Assembly: GCA_038046765.1 (NCBI GenBank)
Contig: JBBSVN010000008.1
Location: 1 to 60,576 of the forward strand
Origin: Candidatus Micrarchaeota archaeon
GTDB taxonomy: Archaea; Micrarchaeota; Micrarchaeia; Anstonellales; Bilamarchaeaceae
DNA length: 60,576 nt
Direction of reading: 5' to 3'
Positions 28,986 to 39,569 of this stretch are shown here, one piece after another (position 1 is the first letter of the stretch; each line of letters opens with the position of its first letter). Below the pieces are notes generated by a model. It saw only the letters and a list, made by a program, of their open reading frames with translations, was not told the origin of the DNA and made no database searches. Made by a program: the position numbers and the translations under genes.

Positions 28986-29282
28986 ATGCTAACAAATGAG
29001 TCTGTAATGAGTGCATTATTAACCGTTGAAGACCCGGAAATCGCTATGAACATTGTTGATTTAGGTCTAGTTTATGAGGTTAAATTAAACAAAGATGATG
29101 TAGATATTAAAATGACTCTAACTACTCCAATGTGCCCGCTTTTAGGCCAATTATTAGCTGATATACAGACCAAAGTAAAAGAAGCTGGGGCAAAAGAAGT
29201 AAATGTCGAACTTGTCTGGGATCCACCTTGGACTCCGGAAAAGATGAGCGAAAAAGCCAAGGCGATGCTAGGAATATTCTAA
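28986..29282 (+). CDS. DUF59 Fe-S cluster assembly protein
   Basis: V.DPEI..NIVDLGLVY, MTLTTP.CP, WDPPWTP. Confidence 0.92.
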   Translation: MLTNESVMSALLTVEDPEIAMNIVDLGLVYEVKLNKDDVDIKMTLTTPMCPLLGQLLADIQTKVKEAGAKEVNVELVWDPPWTPEKMSEKAKAMLGIF

Positions 29283-29298
29283 TTGTAGACTGATACTG

Positions 29299-30612
29299 AT
29301 GGATATTACTTTTTACGGAGGGGCATCTGAAGTGGGCAGGAGTTGTTTCCTGTTAGAAAATAATCAACAAACTAATAATCTTCTTCTTGATTGCGGAATT
29401 AAATTAGGAGAAAAGACAGAGTATCCTAATTTAAGCGATGAGCAAATTAAGAATTTAAAAAATATTTTTATATCTCATGCGCACTTAGACCATAGCGGTT
29501 ATTTACCGCATGTTTACGCTAAGGGAGCTAAGCCAAATGTTTTTATGACAAAACCAACGCGCGATTTAATTGGGGTTCTATTAGCGGATTACCTAAGATT
29601 GCACAATATGAAAGATGAACAAAAGCTATTCACTCAAAAAGATGTTGATTCTGTAATACAAAATGCAAATATTGTTGAATTTAATCAGTTGTATGACACA
29701 ATAAAAAAACCTTTTGAATTTTCTCTTTATAATGCTGGTCATGTTCTAGGAAGTGCAATGATAAAACTAAATATCAATAATGGAATTTTATATACGGGAG
29801 ATATTTGTTTAAGAAATTCAAGAATTCTTAGTGCTTGTGAAAAAAATATAAGTGCAGAAACTCTTATCGTTGAAGGGACATATGGGAATAAAACGGATTC
29901 AATTCCAAGTTTTAAAGATTCAGCACAGAAGATGGTTGACCTTATTAACCAAACAATCAAAGAAGGAGGACACGTAATAATTCCTAGTTTTGCCGTTGGG
30001 AGGGCACAGGAAATATTACTTATGCTTGATGATTACATGCGATCGGGCGCTTTAAAAGAAACTAAAATATATGTTGAAGGAATGATCACTAAGGCGATGC
30101 GTATATTTCGTCATAATGCGTTTTATGCTAGTGATGAAATTAAAAAAAGAATTTTGATGAGCGAGGATGATCCGTTTAAAAGCAAGTTTTTCAATGTTTC
30201 AAAAAGCAAAACACGAGAGGATGTTCTAAGCGAGCCATCTATAATTGTGACAACTTCAGGTATGCTTAGCGGCGGACCGGTCTTATTTTATATAAAGAAA
30301 CTTGCAGCAGATCCTAAGAATCGGATTATCTTTTGCGGTTATCAGGCAGAAGGTACGCTTGGTCGAAAGATTTTATCTGGCGAAAAGAAAGTAATGGTTG
30401 AAGAAACTGAAGTTGAAATTAATTGCAAAATTAGTGAAGTCCGAATAAGTGGGCATGCTGATTATACTGAATTAATTCAATTCATAAAAGGAGTAAAAGG
30501 CCTAAAAAAAGTTTTCCTGGTTCATAATGAAGGCAAGACTGATTTAAAAAACGCGTTAGAAAAGAAGTATGAAATAATTATTCCGAAAATTGGGGAGAGT
30601 TTTAAAATTTAA
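29299..30612 (+). CDS. Beta-CASP MBL-fold ribonuclease (aCPSF2-like, no KH domains)
   Basis: GGASEVGRSC, SHAHLDH, AGHVLG, YTGD, SGHAD. Confidence 0.9.
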   Translation: MDITFYGGASEVGRSCFLLENNQQTNNLLLDCGIKLGEKTEYPNLSDEQIKNLKNIFISHAHLDHSGYLPHVYAKGAKPNVFMTKPTRDLIGVLLADYLRLHNMKDEQKLFTQKDVDSVIQNANIVEFNQLYDTIKKPFEFSLYNAGHVLGSAMIKLNINNGILYTGDICLRNSRILSACEKNISAETLIVEGTYGNKTDSIPSFKDSAQKMVDLINQTIKEGGHVIIPSFAVGRAQEILLMLDDYMRSGALKETKIYVEGMITKAMRIFRHNAFYASDEIKKRILMSEDDPFKSKFFNVSKSKTREDVLSEPSIIVTTSGMLSGGPVLFYIKKLAADPKNRIIFCGYQAEGTLGRKILSGEKKVMVEETEVEINCKISEVRISGHADYTELIQFIKGVKGLKKVFLVHNEGKTDLKNALEKKYEIIIPKIGESFKI

Positions 30613-30619
30613 TCTAATT

Positions 30620-30666
30620 AGCTACCTGCTACAAGCTACTTGCTCATTGCCCAAGGTTCAATGCTA
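30620..30666. repeat. Heptamer element, single arm, copy 4
   Basis: gctacct-gctacaa-gctactt-gctcatt-gcccaag-gttcaat-gcta. Confidence 0.75.
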
Positions 30667-30667
30667 T

Positions 30668-33172
30668 TTATGTATAATACCTACAAATAGCTTCAATTAC
30701 ACTTATGCTTGCGCTGCAACTACAACTTTGTCCGCAATTAGCGCTTACTTGTCCATTATTTATTCCGGTTGTACTCGTAGCAGTTACAGTTACGCTTTGA
30801 CCGTTTGTTACTATATTTTGATTTATTCCAGATCCGCTAACACTCCATGTTGCACTGCACGGAACAAGATTTACCCCACATAAAACAGTATATATTCTAC
30901 TTTGTCCTGTTACTAATACATCGGTTGATGGTGAAACCTGACAGCCATTTCCTCCAGGTCCAATCGTGACATTTTTGCCTGGTGGCTCGCTTTGATTTGT
31001 CTGGCCTGCTATTGAGATTAAACTCGAGCAGCTAAACTGTCCGCTAACATTTGCATTTATCGCTCCGCTTTGTGCAACTGCAGATGGGCTTGAAAAAACT
31101 GCATTATTATTTGTTACAGTTATAAAAGAACCGCTTATTCCAGTGTTCGACCATTTTACCAAAGAACACGGAATATTAACTCCATTCTGATTACATGATA
31201 AATTAAATTGTTCTGGAGTATTTTGAGTTAAAGTAGCTGAACTTGGCGTTATTAAACAACTTTGACCTTGGTTGTTTGGGCCTGATACACTAAGTGCTGA
31301 AATACACTGGTGACCCGGGCTAAACTGTGCAATTAACTGGCCTGTTGCTGGGGGTGATGAAGTTACCAGTGCAGTAACTCCTTGCGAACTTGGATTTGCT
31401 AATGAACCAGTTAAACCAGATAAAATCCATGTTGGTGTAATTGGACAGACAATAAAATTACCTCCTATCGAGCAGCCTAATCCAAAACTACTAAACTGAT
31501 TTTGTCTAAATGTAAATGAACTTGGTGAAATTGTGCAATCAAATCCACTTGGGGGTGGATTTTGCGCAACAGTTATGCTTGCGCTGCATTGTTGTCCGTT
31601 TGAAAGAATTGATGTTAAAGTACCGCTTGCAGGCGGAGCTGATGTAATTTCAACTAATGCTCCTGTGTTGCTTGGGTTTGTTATACTTCCGCTAACTCCT
31701 GCTAAGGACCAGCTTGGATTAGCTGGACACGTTACACTTTGTGTTCCTTGTGCACAGGTTAATCCAACTACTTCAAAAGAATTTTGCGCCATTGTCAATG
31801 AATTTGGATTTATCTCACATGTAACTGGCAAGGGTGTTAAACAATTTGGATCATTTGGTTGACATGGGGCAGGGGGACATCGTGGATCTGCGCTAGGGCA
31901 AACGGGTGGTGGACATCTTGGATCTTGACTAGGACATACAGGTGGAGGTTGTGTGGCTGTAATTGTATAAGGAATTGAAGCTGTTCCTGGTTGTGTCTGG
32001 CTGCAAGTTCCTTGTGTTGGGCTTAAAGTAAATAACAATAATACAAATGCTGAACCACTAAAACTTTGTGATGCGCTTACAGTTACAAATACGTACTGGG
32101 TTTGACCTGGTTGGATTACTGAGTTAAAGTTTGAACTACATCCTAGAAAACATGGTGGTGAAGGATAATTCGGGGTAGGCGCTACTGTTAGTTGATTTAC
32201 GTTGTTGCTAAATGATGAAAATGCGACATTGGTCACACTAAACGGGGTGTTTCCCGTATTTTGTATCGGAACCATGATCGTTGTACTAGCTCCTGGTGCT
32301 AATTGTATGTTTGAATTAGCTGCGGGGAATGCTACACCGCTTACTTGTCCAGTTACTTGTTGATTTTGGACTGTAATTGTTTTTGTATCGCTTGGAAGAT
32401 TTGTTACTGTTAAAGGCGATTGACTATATACATACATATAAAAGTATCCATCATTTTCCGGCTGTTTTAATGTTGCTCCAATACATTGTACGTTTCTCAT
32501 TTGCGTAGTTATTGTGTATCGACCATTTTGTGTAAATTGAATATTTGGATTTGATTGTTGGGTTACATCGACTTCATCAACTACTTGCGTTTGTCCGCTT
32601 GGGTTTGTTACGCTAGTTCGTACTGTTCCTGTACAATAGACTCCGACTTTACCAAGTCGACTAGTTAATGTTTGTTGGTTACTTCCTGTAACGGGAATAT
32701 AATTTACTGTCTGGCTTGACATCCCATTATAAAACATCGAAACTTCCGGATCTGATTCTATAAGAAGTTGTGGAGAATTTAATGCAGTTGCAAATGTACT
32801 TTGAGATAAGAAAACAATTTGATTGTTTGTTGAAACCGAATTTGTTGAAGGTGGTGTTATTGGACAGCTGTTCGATCCACATGCTGGAAATGGGCTAACT
32901 ACTCCAAAATTAGAACCTGAACTAGGCCAGGTTGCGCTTGAAGTACTTCCTACTGTTGCACTTCCTGGACAAGCTGCTCCGTTGTTTTGTATTGTGTCCC
33001 CACTTTGGGTAAGTGAAAATGCGTTATTGAATGTTAAATCTGTGTCGATATAATATTGAGATCCAGCTAGTGTTGTTAATCTAGCATAGCTTATATAAGA
33101 ACTAGAAGAAAAAACTAAACTTGGTAAAGCAAGGAACAAAAATAATCCGAGTATTAATGTTATTTTTTTCAT
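30668..33172 (-). CDS. Large secreted Cys-containing Ig-like repeat protein
   Basis: Signal peptide; four C.I.P.S...C...C...W domains; PPPVCPS.DPRC repeats. Confidence 0.75.
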   Translation of the reverse strand: MKKITLILGLFLFLALPSLVFSSSSYISYARLTTLAGSQYYIDTDLTFNNAFSLTQSGDTIQNNGAACPGSATVGSTSSATWPSSGSNFGVVSPFPACGSNSCPITPPSTNSVSTNNQIVFLSQSTFATALNSPQLLIESDPEVSMFYNGMSSQTVNYIPVTGSNQQTLTSRLGKVGVYCTGTVRTSVTNPSGQTQVVDEVDVTQQSNPNIQFTQNGRYTITTQMRNVQCIGATLKQPENDGYFYMYVYSQSPLTVTNLPSDTKTITVQNQQVTGQVSGVAFPAANSNIQLAPGASTTIMVPIQNTGNTPFSVTNVAFSSFSNNVNQLTVAPTPNYPSPPCFLGCSSNFNSVIQPGQTQYVFVTVSASQSFSGSAFVLLLFTLSPTQGTCSQTQPGTASIPYTITATQPPPVCPSQDPRCPPPVCPSADPRCPPAPCQPNDPNCLTPLPVTCEINPNSLTMAQNSFEVVGLTCAQGTQSVTCPANPSWSLAGVSGSITNPSNTGALVEITSAPPASGTLTSILSNGQQCSASITVAQNPPPSGFDCTISPSSFTFRQNQFSSFGLGCSIGGNFIVCPITPTWILSGLTGSLANPSSQGVTALVTSSPPATGQLIAQFSPGHQCISALSVSGPNNQGQSCLITPSSATLTQNTPEQFNLSCNQNGVNIPCSLVKWSNTGISGSFITVTNNNAVFSSPSAVAQSGAINANVSGQFSCSSLISIAGQTNQSEPPGKNVTIGPGGNGCQVSPSTDVLVTGQSRIYTVLCGVNLVPCSATWSVSGSGINQNIVTNGQSVTVTATSTTGINNGQVSANCGQSCSCSASISVIEAICRYYT

Positions 33173-33213
33173 GTTTACTTCCACCATATTTATCATATCC
33201 TAAATTAAAATTA

Positions 33214-35307
33214 TTATTTTAGTATATCTGTCTTTATTTCGAAACCTCCTGTAATTACATCAAGGCCTAAAGTAAGTTTACTTGGAAATATTCTCATATA
33301 TCCCGCTGTGAATGACATTGCCTCTTCAGATCCACCCTTGCTTTTTCTATCAAGAAGAGATGCCTTTACTCTGCCTCCTACTGCCAAAATATTTTGTGAA
33401 ATATTTCCTTCTGCTGTAAATGTTATTCTTGATCGGTCAGATATTTGTACAGGTATATCTACTATTGCTGACCCACCTGTTTCATTAGTCCCAATTCCAG
33501 TTACTTTATTCTGCATGTATATGTAAGATGGTCTTAGTGTTAAATCAACATTACCTTTTGCAAAGCTAGCTACAAATGACGTTGCAGCGTAGACTAAAGG
33601 TTCAGTTCTTAAAACTTTCTTACTTTCTCCAATTCCTTTACCTATAAATTCACTAGCAACTTCTAAATTATCAAATCTAAATGATAATGCTGGTGTGTCA
33701 AGTAAACGATATCCTTTTTTAGGTTCTCGATCTCCCGGTGCTCTTAAATAAGGAGTTAAGGTTAATTCTGCTCCACCTGTTGTTGCACCTACATCCATAA
33801 CAACAGTATATTCAGGAGTAAATCCTTTTGCCATTTTAACTCTTACTCCAGGTCTAGATAATATTAAATCCGCTGTTCTTGATATACTTTCTGAAGTAGT
33901 CGTACCAGTTGCACTTGTAATATCCTGTCTTGTTGATTGTTCGTAAGATAATATCAAAGGTTCGTAAAATGCAGTTATTCCTAGCACAACAAATCCAAGT
34001 TTTTCTAGCATAATATCTGAGTTAGCCCATTTTTCCCATTTATCTTGATTAAAATCAATACGAAGATTGAACGTTGGCCTAAATGCGATCGCAGATCCTT
34101 GTTTAACATCTATTACTGTTAAGGTTTGTAAAAAGTTTGAAAATACCTCTTTTTTTAGTGGAGTTCCATCAGGAATATCTCGTAATGCGCCTCCAAAATC
34201 CCCCTGCTTAATTTTTTCTAACCATGCATTCATTGCGGTCGTGTCTCCACCAAAGTCTCTTAATGTCCTGTTTCCAGTTCGACCAAGGCCTTGTCTTAGT
34301 AAATCCTCCATCCGTTGACCAATTGAAGTAGCAGTTGCAGGATCGCCAAGCCTTTGTTTACATAAGCCATCTCCAAAACCTGTGGCAAAATTATCTTCCT
34401 GCCCTGAAGGTACATAATAACCTAAAGATGAAATTCCAACTCCTCCTGATTTGCAAGTAATCATTTGATCCTTTTTATTATAAGCTAAATAAGCTGCAGT
34501 TTTGAAGTTGTCCCTCCCTTCAAATGTGTGTAATGAAACATCCATCCTTAATGTTTCGCCAAATAATCCTGGACCTCCTTTTTCCTTTTTTGCAATTACC
34601 TTTCCTGAATTATAAAGTGCAAATGCTAGTGATTCAACAGTTTCCCTGATTTGATCTGGAACATCTTTTACATTTGAAATTTTTCTAAGTAATGCTAGTA
34701 ATGGAACTACATCTGATTCCGCATCAAGCTCGGATAATGTTCTAAGTATTCTTTCTTTTGCGCTTTTAACTATTTTTAAATCAGTGGGTTGTACTTCGTA
34801 TTTCGGTCCCCCACTAAACTTTTCATATATCTCTTGCAATTCCTTTACAGCCCACTCGTAACTTTTTCTTCTTTCGCTCTTGTCAACTCTTTTTTCAAGC
34901 AGTCTTTCCATTTCCATTATGCTATCATTTATCGATTTATCAACATTTCTTGTTTTTAAATTTGCAATTAGTTTAAGTAATTCCGCAGCTTCTTTTGGAG
35001 AAATATCTTCTAGATTTTGAGAAATTTTTCCTTTAGCCGTACTTACGATTTCCCTAGTTTCTCCGTTGATTGGCTTATCAGAATCAATTTTCTTTTGAGC
35101 TAGTTTTAATGCTTCCACAACAAATTTGTAATCTTCGTTCTGATCTTTTTTATCCGCAGTTTTTTGTGCTTGAGCCATAGATTTACCCTCTATCTGTTCC
35201 TGATATGAATACGAAGGACTGCTTATTAATAGTTGTGCCGCAGCTAACATTGCTGAAACTGGCTTGAAAAAAGCCGATTTTTTAACCTCCCTCTCCTTGG
35301 TTTTCAT
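33214..35307 (-). CDS. Secreted hypothetical protein: helical N-terminal half, amphipathic beta-strand C-terminal half
   Basis: Signal-like N-terminus; alternating hydrophobic strands in the last roughly 300 aa. Confidence 0.6.
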   Translation of the reverse strand: MKTKEREVKKSAFFKPVSAMLAAAQLLISSPSYSYQEQIEGKSMAQAQKTADKKDQNEDYKFVVEALKLAQKKIDSDKPINGETREIVSTAKGKISQNLEDISPKEAAELLKLIANLKTRNVDKSINDSIMEMERLLEKRVDKSERRKSYEWAVKELQEIYEKFSGGPKYEVQPTDLKIVKSAKERILRTLSELDAESDVVPLLALLRKISNVKDVPDQIRETVESLAFALYNSGKVIAKKEKGGPGLFGETLRMDVSLHTFEGRDNFKTAAYLAYNKKDQMITCKSGGVGISSLGYYVPSGQEDNFATGFGDGLCKQRLGDPATATSIGQRMEDLLRQGLGRTGNRTLRDFGGDTTAMNAWLEKIKQGDFGGALRDIPDGTPLKKEVFSNFLQTLTVIDVKQGSAIAFRPTFNLRIDFNQDKWEKWANSDIMLEKLGFVVLGITAFYEPLILSYEQSTRQDITSATGTTTSESISRTADLILSRPGVRVKMAKGFTPEYTVVMDVGATTGGAELTLTPYLRAPGDREPKKGYRLLDTPALSFRFDNLEVASEFIGKGIGESKKVLRTEPLVYAATSFVASFAKGNVDLTLRPSYIYMQNKVTGIGTNETGGSAIVDIPVQISDRSRITFTAEGNISQNILAVGGRVKASLLDRKSKGGSEEAMSFTAGYMRIFPSKLTLGLDVITGGFEIKTDILK

Positions 35308-35321
35308 ATTTGTTTCACAAC

Positions 35322-37451
35322 TTATTGGAATAATACAAATGCTGTTCTATATGTCCCGTGTCTTTCGTTAAATTTAGGTGAAACAATATTCTTTTCGCAT
35401 AAAATCTCTAAGAATTTCTCATCGGAAGCAGACTGTGAAGTAGGTTTCATTTCATGTGACTCCCTATTATAGTCCACACTTCCAATTACTGCTCCTGTTT
35501 TTACGTTTGTAATTCCGTCTCTACCGACTTCTAAAATGGGTACAAATCTTTTTCTATCGGTATCAAATTTCCATTGCAATTCAAATATTTCGCCGGTTGC
35601 TTCAATATAAACGCCTGCGTATACCTTACCTTTTTTATACTCCTCATCATTAGGTTGTACGATAAAAAGTTTTCCGCCTTCTTCTTTCATTTCCATCTGG
35701 TAGGAGCCTTTTACGTTTATCTGTTTACCCTTTTTCTTTTGGTCTTCTTGCCAATCTTGAAAAGACATTAATCTCCCACCAAGCCTTACACCGTATTCTA
35801 TCCTGTTATGGTCTTCTCCTAGTTTGTCTAATCCTTGTATACTATAAACTTCCTTCGCAGCTGGTTCAACTGGAACTGGCATTTTGCCTAGTTTATCTAC
35901 ATTATCTTTTACTGCGCCAAGTGCCCCGCGTCTTATTTCACTACCAGTTATTCGGCTATCTCTTAATCGGCTATTATCCTGAACATTTTGGTTTAATTTT
36001 GTTTTTGCGTCTTTAATTGCTTCTTGCAATTCTTTTATTGATTTTTTACCTTCTTCAATTCGTCCGTTGTATTGCTCTCCATAAATTCTGGTTCGCTCAT
36101 TTTGCTTAAGTTTTTCTAATGCCGCACCATATTTTGTCGCAGTAGAATCAAAATATTCTGTTGGTGTCATCTGCTTACTATTTGGCATCATACTTTTTTC
36201 ATTAAGATAAGTTTCAGCCTGGATTATGTTCTCTACTAATATAATTGCATTACTAGGGCTTCCAAGCTTATGCCCTGTTACATCAGTAAACCTGGCTTTT
36301 TGTTCTGCATCACTATGCTCTCCTTTGGATACTAATTTTTCAAGATCTGCTAAACCTGCTTCTATTGTTTCTTGAACTCTTTGCCTTGTTTGTTTGACAT
36401 ATTCATCTAAAAACCTAGCCGTTTGCGGATTTGCAGTTGCTCTTAATCCCTCAATTCTAGCTAATGCATCGCTCCAAAGTTTTGCGTCTCTTTTAAGTTC
36501 ATCTATTAAATTAGGTGTTTTTTCTTTTCCTGTTTTCATTGCTGCTTTTAAATCATCTTCCTCTTTTTGCTGTGCTTTTTTTGTTTCTACAAATATTTCT
36601 CTATTTTGTTTCATTTTTGCAATGATTGGTTTAACTTGTGCATCAGTTACTTCTGCATATCTTGTTATTCTTCCCCTTGTTGTTGATTTTAAGCTATCTT
36701 CTAACCTGCTAAGTTCTGTGCTTGCAATATCATAATCGCGCCTTATTTTCGTTTTTTCATCACTATCTCTCAATTTTTGCATTTCTCTATTTAACTTAGC
36801 TGCAATTTTGCCAAGAGCGTCTATAACTTCTGGCTTGGTTGATGAAATTACGCGAGGATTACCTGCGATTACTTCTTCAGCAGTTTCATGTTCTCGTTCT
36901 TTACCTGTTAACATATCTTCTAATCCAGCAAGTAATTCTTTTACGTGAGCGTTCATAGGATCTGCTGTGACTATGACAGCAACCGGTTTTGCAACTGGTA
37001 CTGGTGTAGCATCAATTTTATTTGGTTCTTCTTTTTTTGGTTTATCCTCTTTTTTATCTACATTTTTTACTCCAAGAACCTCCCCGATTTTATCCATGCT
37101 AGCTTTTGCATTTCCATAATTTCCTGGTTCTATTTGTCTAAACAATACTGCTATCTCTTCTCTTTGTTTAGCTGTTAAACTTTCTGCATTTTTCCTAAGT
37201 TTAGATTCTGCATTAGCTATGAATATGACTATTATTGGTTTATCTCCGTTATCCCTTAGTTTTTCAAGTATTTTTTTACAAAATTTGACTGCTTCTTGTA
37301 CTTCTATATTTTCTGGTTCTTGAACTTTTTGAGCATAAGCCATGTTTTCACCTAATGCGCGGAATTTTCCGCTTTGTTCTATTCTTGGTGATATACCTAC
37401 TAAGCTAACGCATAAAAACGCTGTTGCTGCTAATCTTTTTAATCTCATCAA
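35322..37451 (-). CDS. Secreted coiled-coil-rich hypothetical protein
   Basis: Signal-like N-terminus; AGGTG RBS; charged helical body. Confidence 0.6.
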   Translation of the reverse strand: MMRLKRLAATAFLCVSLVGISPRIEQSGKFRALGENMAYAQKVQEPENIEVQEAVKFCKKILEKLRDNGDKPIIVIFIANAESKLRKNAESLTAKQREEIAVLFRQIEPGNYGNAKASMDKIGEVLGVKNVDKKEDKPKKEEPNKIDATPVPVAKPVAVIVTADPMNAHVKELLAGLEDMLTGKEREHETAEEVIAGNPRVISSTKPEVIDALGKIAAKLNREMQKLRDSDEKTKIRRDYDIASTELSRLEDSLKSTTRGRITRYAEVTDAQVKPIIAKMKQNREIFVETKKAQQKEEDDLKAAMKTGKEKTPNLIDELKRDAKLWSDALARIEGLRATANPQTARFLDEYVKQTRQRVQETIEAGLADLEKLVSKGEHSDAEQKARFTDVTGHKLGSPSNAIILVENIIQAETYLNEKSMMPNSKQMTPTEYFDSTATKYGAALEKLKQNERTRIYGEQYNGRIEEGKKSIKELQEAIKDAKTKLNQNVQDNSRLRDSRITGSEIRRGALGAVKDNVDKLGKMPVPVEPAAKEVYSIQGLDKLGEDHNRIEYGVRLGGRLMSFQDWQEDQKKKGKQINVKGSYQMEMKEEGGKLFIVQPNDEEYKKGKVYAGVYIEATGEIFELQWKFDTDRKRFVPILEVGRDGITNVKTGAVIGSVDYNRESHEMKPTSQSASDEKFLEILCEKNIVSPKFNERHGTYRTAFVLFQ

Positions 37452-37610
37452 TATGCACCTTCTAGTAAATGCTGTTCTTTATTGCTAATTCATGTTTTTT
37501 TAGTTATTTTATATTAAATAATATGTTTAATACTATTTAAATACTTATTGACACAGCATACACTTGAATTTACCATAGTTTTTAATTCCTTTTTAATAAA
37601 AAGTTTTGTT

Positions 37611-37991
37611 ATGTCAAAAGTAACCTTTCAAAAAAAAATTACGCTATCAGCAAAAAAAGTTCGTGCAATTCGTGGGTTTGAATATGATGACCAACATCGT
37701 TTAAAGATAATTTTAAGTCAAAAATGCCTCACTCATGATGGTAAACTTCCTAGACGTGTTGAAGTTATTGGTGCAGAAGAACCCAGCGGGAAGAAAAAAG
37801 TTATAACAAAATTTCTTGCAAGCGTTACTTGTGATAATCTAAATCAAGACCAAGCAACGTATCATGGCTCGTATGATCCTAAACGTCGAGTTTATATATT
37901 CAGATTAACTAGCGAAGACACATCTCCCTTACCTATTCCTTTTGCAAGAACGATGGACGAACTCTCTAGTCCTTGGCTATGTGTATTTTAA
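37611..37991 (+). CDS. Hypothetical protein
   Basis: ORF from ATG 37611; no motif. Confidence 0.45.
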   Translation: MSKVTFQKKITLSAKKVRAIRGFEYDDQHRLKIILSQKCLTHDGKLPRRVEVIGAEEPSGKKKVITKFLASVTCDNLNQDQATYHGSYDPKRRVYIFRLTSEDTSPLPIPFARTMDELSSPWLCVF

Positions 37992-38014
37992 TTTCTTTTC
38001 CTATATATAATATT

Positions 38015-39325
38015 ATGGCAATTTCTCCTTTTGAAGAGCGTTATGCAACGGAAATGAACAAGGTTTTTGATGAAGAAACTAAAATGAAAAAATGGCTCGC
38101 TGTTGAAGTAGCATTAGCTAAAGCACATGCCAAGATTGGCAACTTTGGAAAAGATGCTGCAAAAAAAATCGAAGAAGGATCGATTAAAGTAAAAATCGAA
38201 CGAGTAAAAGAAATCGAAAAAGAAATCGATCATGATCTGATGGCATTAGTTAAAGCATTAAGTGAACAATCTGGTGAAGCTGGGAAATATGTTCATTTAG
38301 GATCGACTAGTTATGATATTGAAGATACTGCTACTGCACTAATTTTTAGAGATGCGATTGAACTAATCGAAAAAGATGCACAAAATTTGTTGCAAGTATT
38401 AAGAGATTTAGCAAACACTCATAAGAAAACTATTTGCATTGGAAGAACGCATGGTCAACACGCTGTTCCTACTACCTACGGGATGAAATTTGCTCTTTAT
38501 TATCAAGAAACGAAGCGAAACTTAGATAGATTAAAGGATGCAAAGAAAGGCATTTTAGTTGGAAAAATGTCGGGAGCAGTTGGAACAAAAGCAACTTTCC
38601 AAGGTAAGGGAAGCGCAATAGAAATGGAAGTTATGAAAAGTCTAGATTTAACCCCTGCTAAAGTAACCAATCAGGTTATTCAAAGAGATCGGCACGCAGA
38701 GGTACTATGTTCACTAGCAATATTTTCCGCGCTCTTTGAAAAAATCGCAAAAGAAATTCGGAATTTACAAAGAAACGAAATTTTAGAAGTTTCAGAATAT
38801 TTTTCACCAACACAAGTTGGATCTTCAACAATGCCTCAAAAAAGAAATCCTCATAAAAGCGAACGAATTTGCAGTATTGCGCGATTAGTTCGGGCAAATG
38901 TCCAGACTGCAATTGAAAATATTGCACTAGAGCATGAACGGGATTTAACTAATTCAGCTAATGAACGCGCAATATTTAGCGAGAGTTTTATTGCAACTCA
39001 TTACATTTTATTGCAGACTACAAAAATACTTTCTGGTTTAGAATTCTTCCCTGAAAATATAAAACAAAATCTGGAACTTACTCAAGGTTTAGTTATGTCC
39101 GAGCGAGTTATGATTGCTTTAACAAATAAAGGAATGGCTAGGCAAGATGCGCATGAATTAGTTAGGCAGTTAGCTCAAGAAGCATTTAGGTCTGGGCGGG
39201 ATTTGAAATATGTTGTAAAGGAAAAGACAAAACACTTTACTAATACTGAGTTAAACGAATTGTTTGATTATTCGACTTATATCGGAGAAGCAGAGAAGAT
39301 TGTTGAAGAAGCTGTGAACGATTAA
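38015..39325 (+). CDS. purB: Adenylosuccinate lyase
   Basis: HLGSTSYDI, GRTHGQHAVPTT, GSSTMPQKRNP. Confidence 0.96.
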   Translation: MAISPFEERYATEMNKVFDEETKMKKWLAVEVALAKAHAKIGNFGKDAAKKIEEGSIKVKIERVKEIEKEIDHDLMALVKALSEQSGEAGKYVHLGSTSYDIEDTATALIFRDAIELIEKDAQNLLQVLRDLANTHKKTICIGRTHGQHAVPTTYGMKFALYYQETKRNLDRLKDAKKGILVGKMSGAVGTKATFQGKGSAIEMEVMKSLDLTPAKVTNQVIQRDRHAEVLCSLAIFSALFEKIAKEIRNLQRNEILEVSEYFSPTQVGSSTMPQKRNPHKSERICSIARLVRANVQTAIENIALEHERDLTNSANERAIFSESFIATHYILLQTTKILSGLEFFPENIKQNLELTQGLVMSERVMIALTNKGMARQDAHELVRQLAQEAFRSGRDLKYVVKEKTKHFTNTELNELFDYSTYIGEAEKIVEEAVND

Positions 39326-39350
39326 ATACCTATATAGTGCAGTTTTACAA

Positions 39351-39536
39351 ATGGACAAGCAAAAAACTATAACTGCCTATAAAGAAAAAAAACTGACATT
39401 AAGAAAGGCAGCTGAACTTTTAGGGATTGATTACTACCAGATGCAGGAATTATTAGAAGAAAACAATGTTCCAATTACGGATTTGAAGGCAAATGAGATA
39501 CGCAAGAGAAAAGAACGGATCAAGGAAATTGCATGA
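39351..39536 (+). pseudogene. UPF0175-like HTH antitoxin fragment
   Basis: YKEKKLTLRKAAELLGI; no N-terminal half; overlapping ATGA start that stops after 3 codons. Confidence 0.5.
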
Positions 39537-39569
39537 TTCTTTAGCAAGAACAAATGCGTCTGCGATTGG

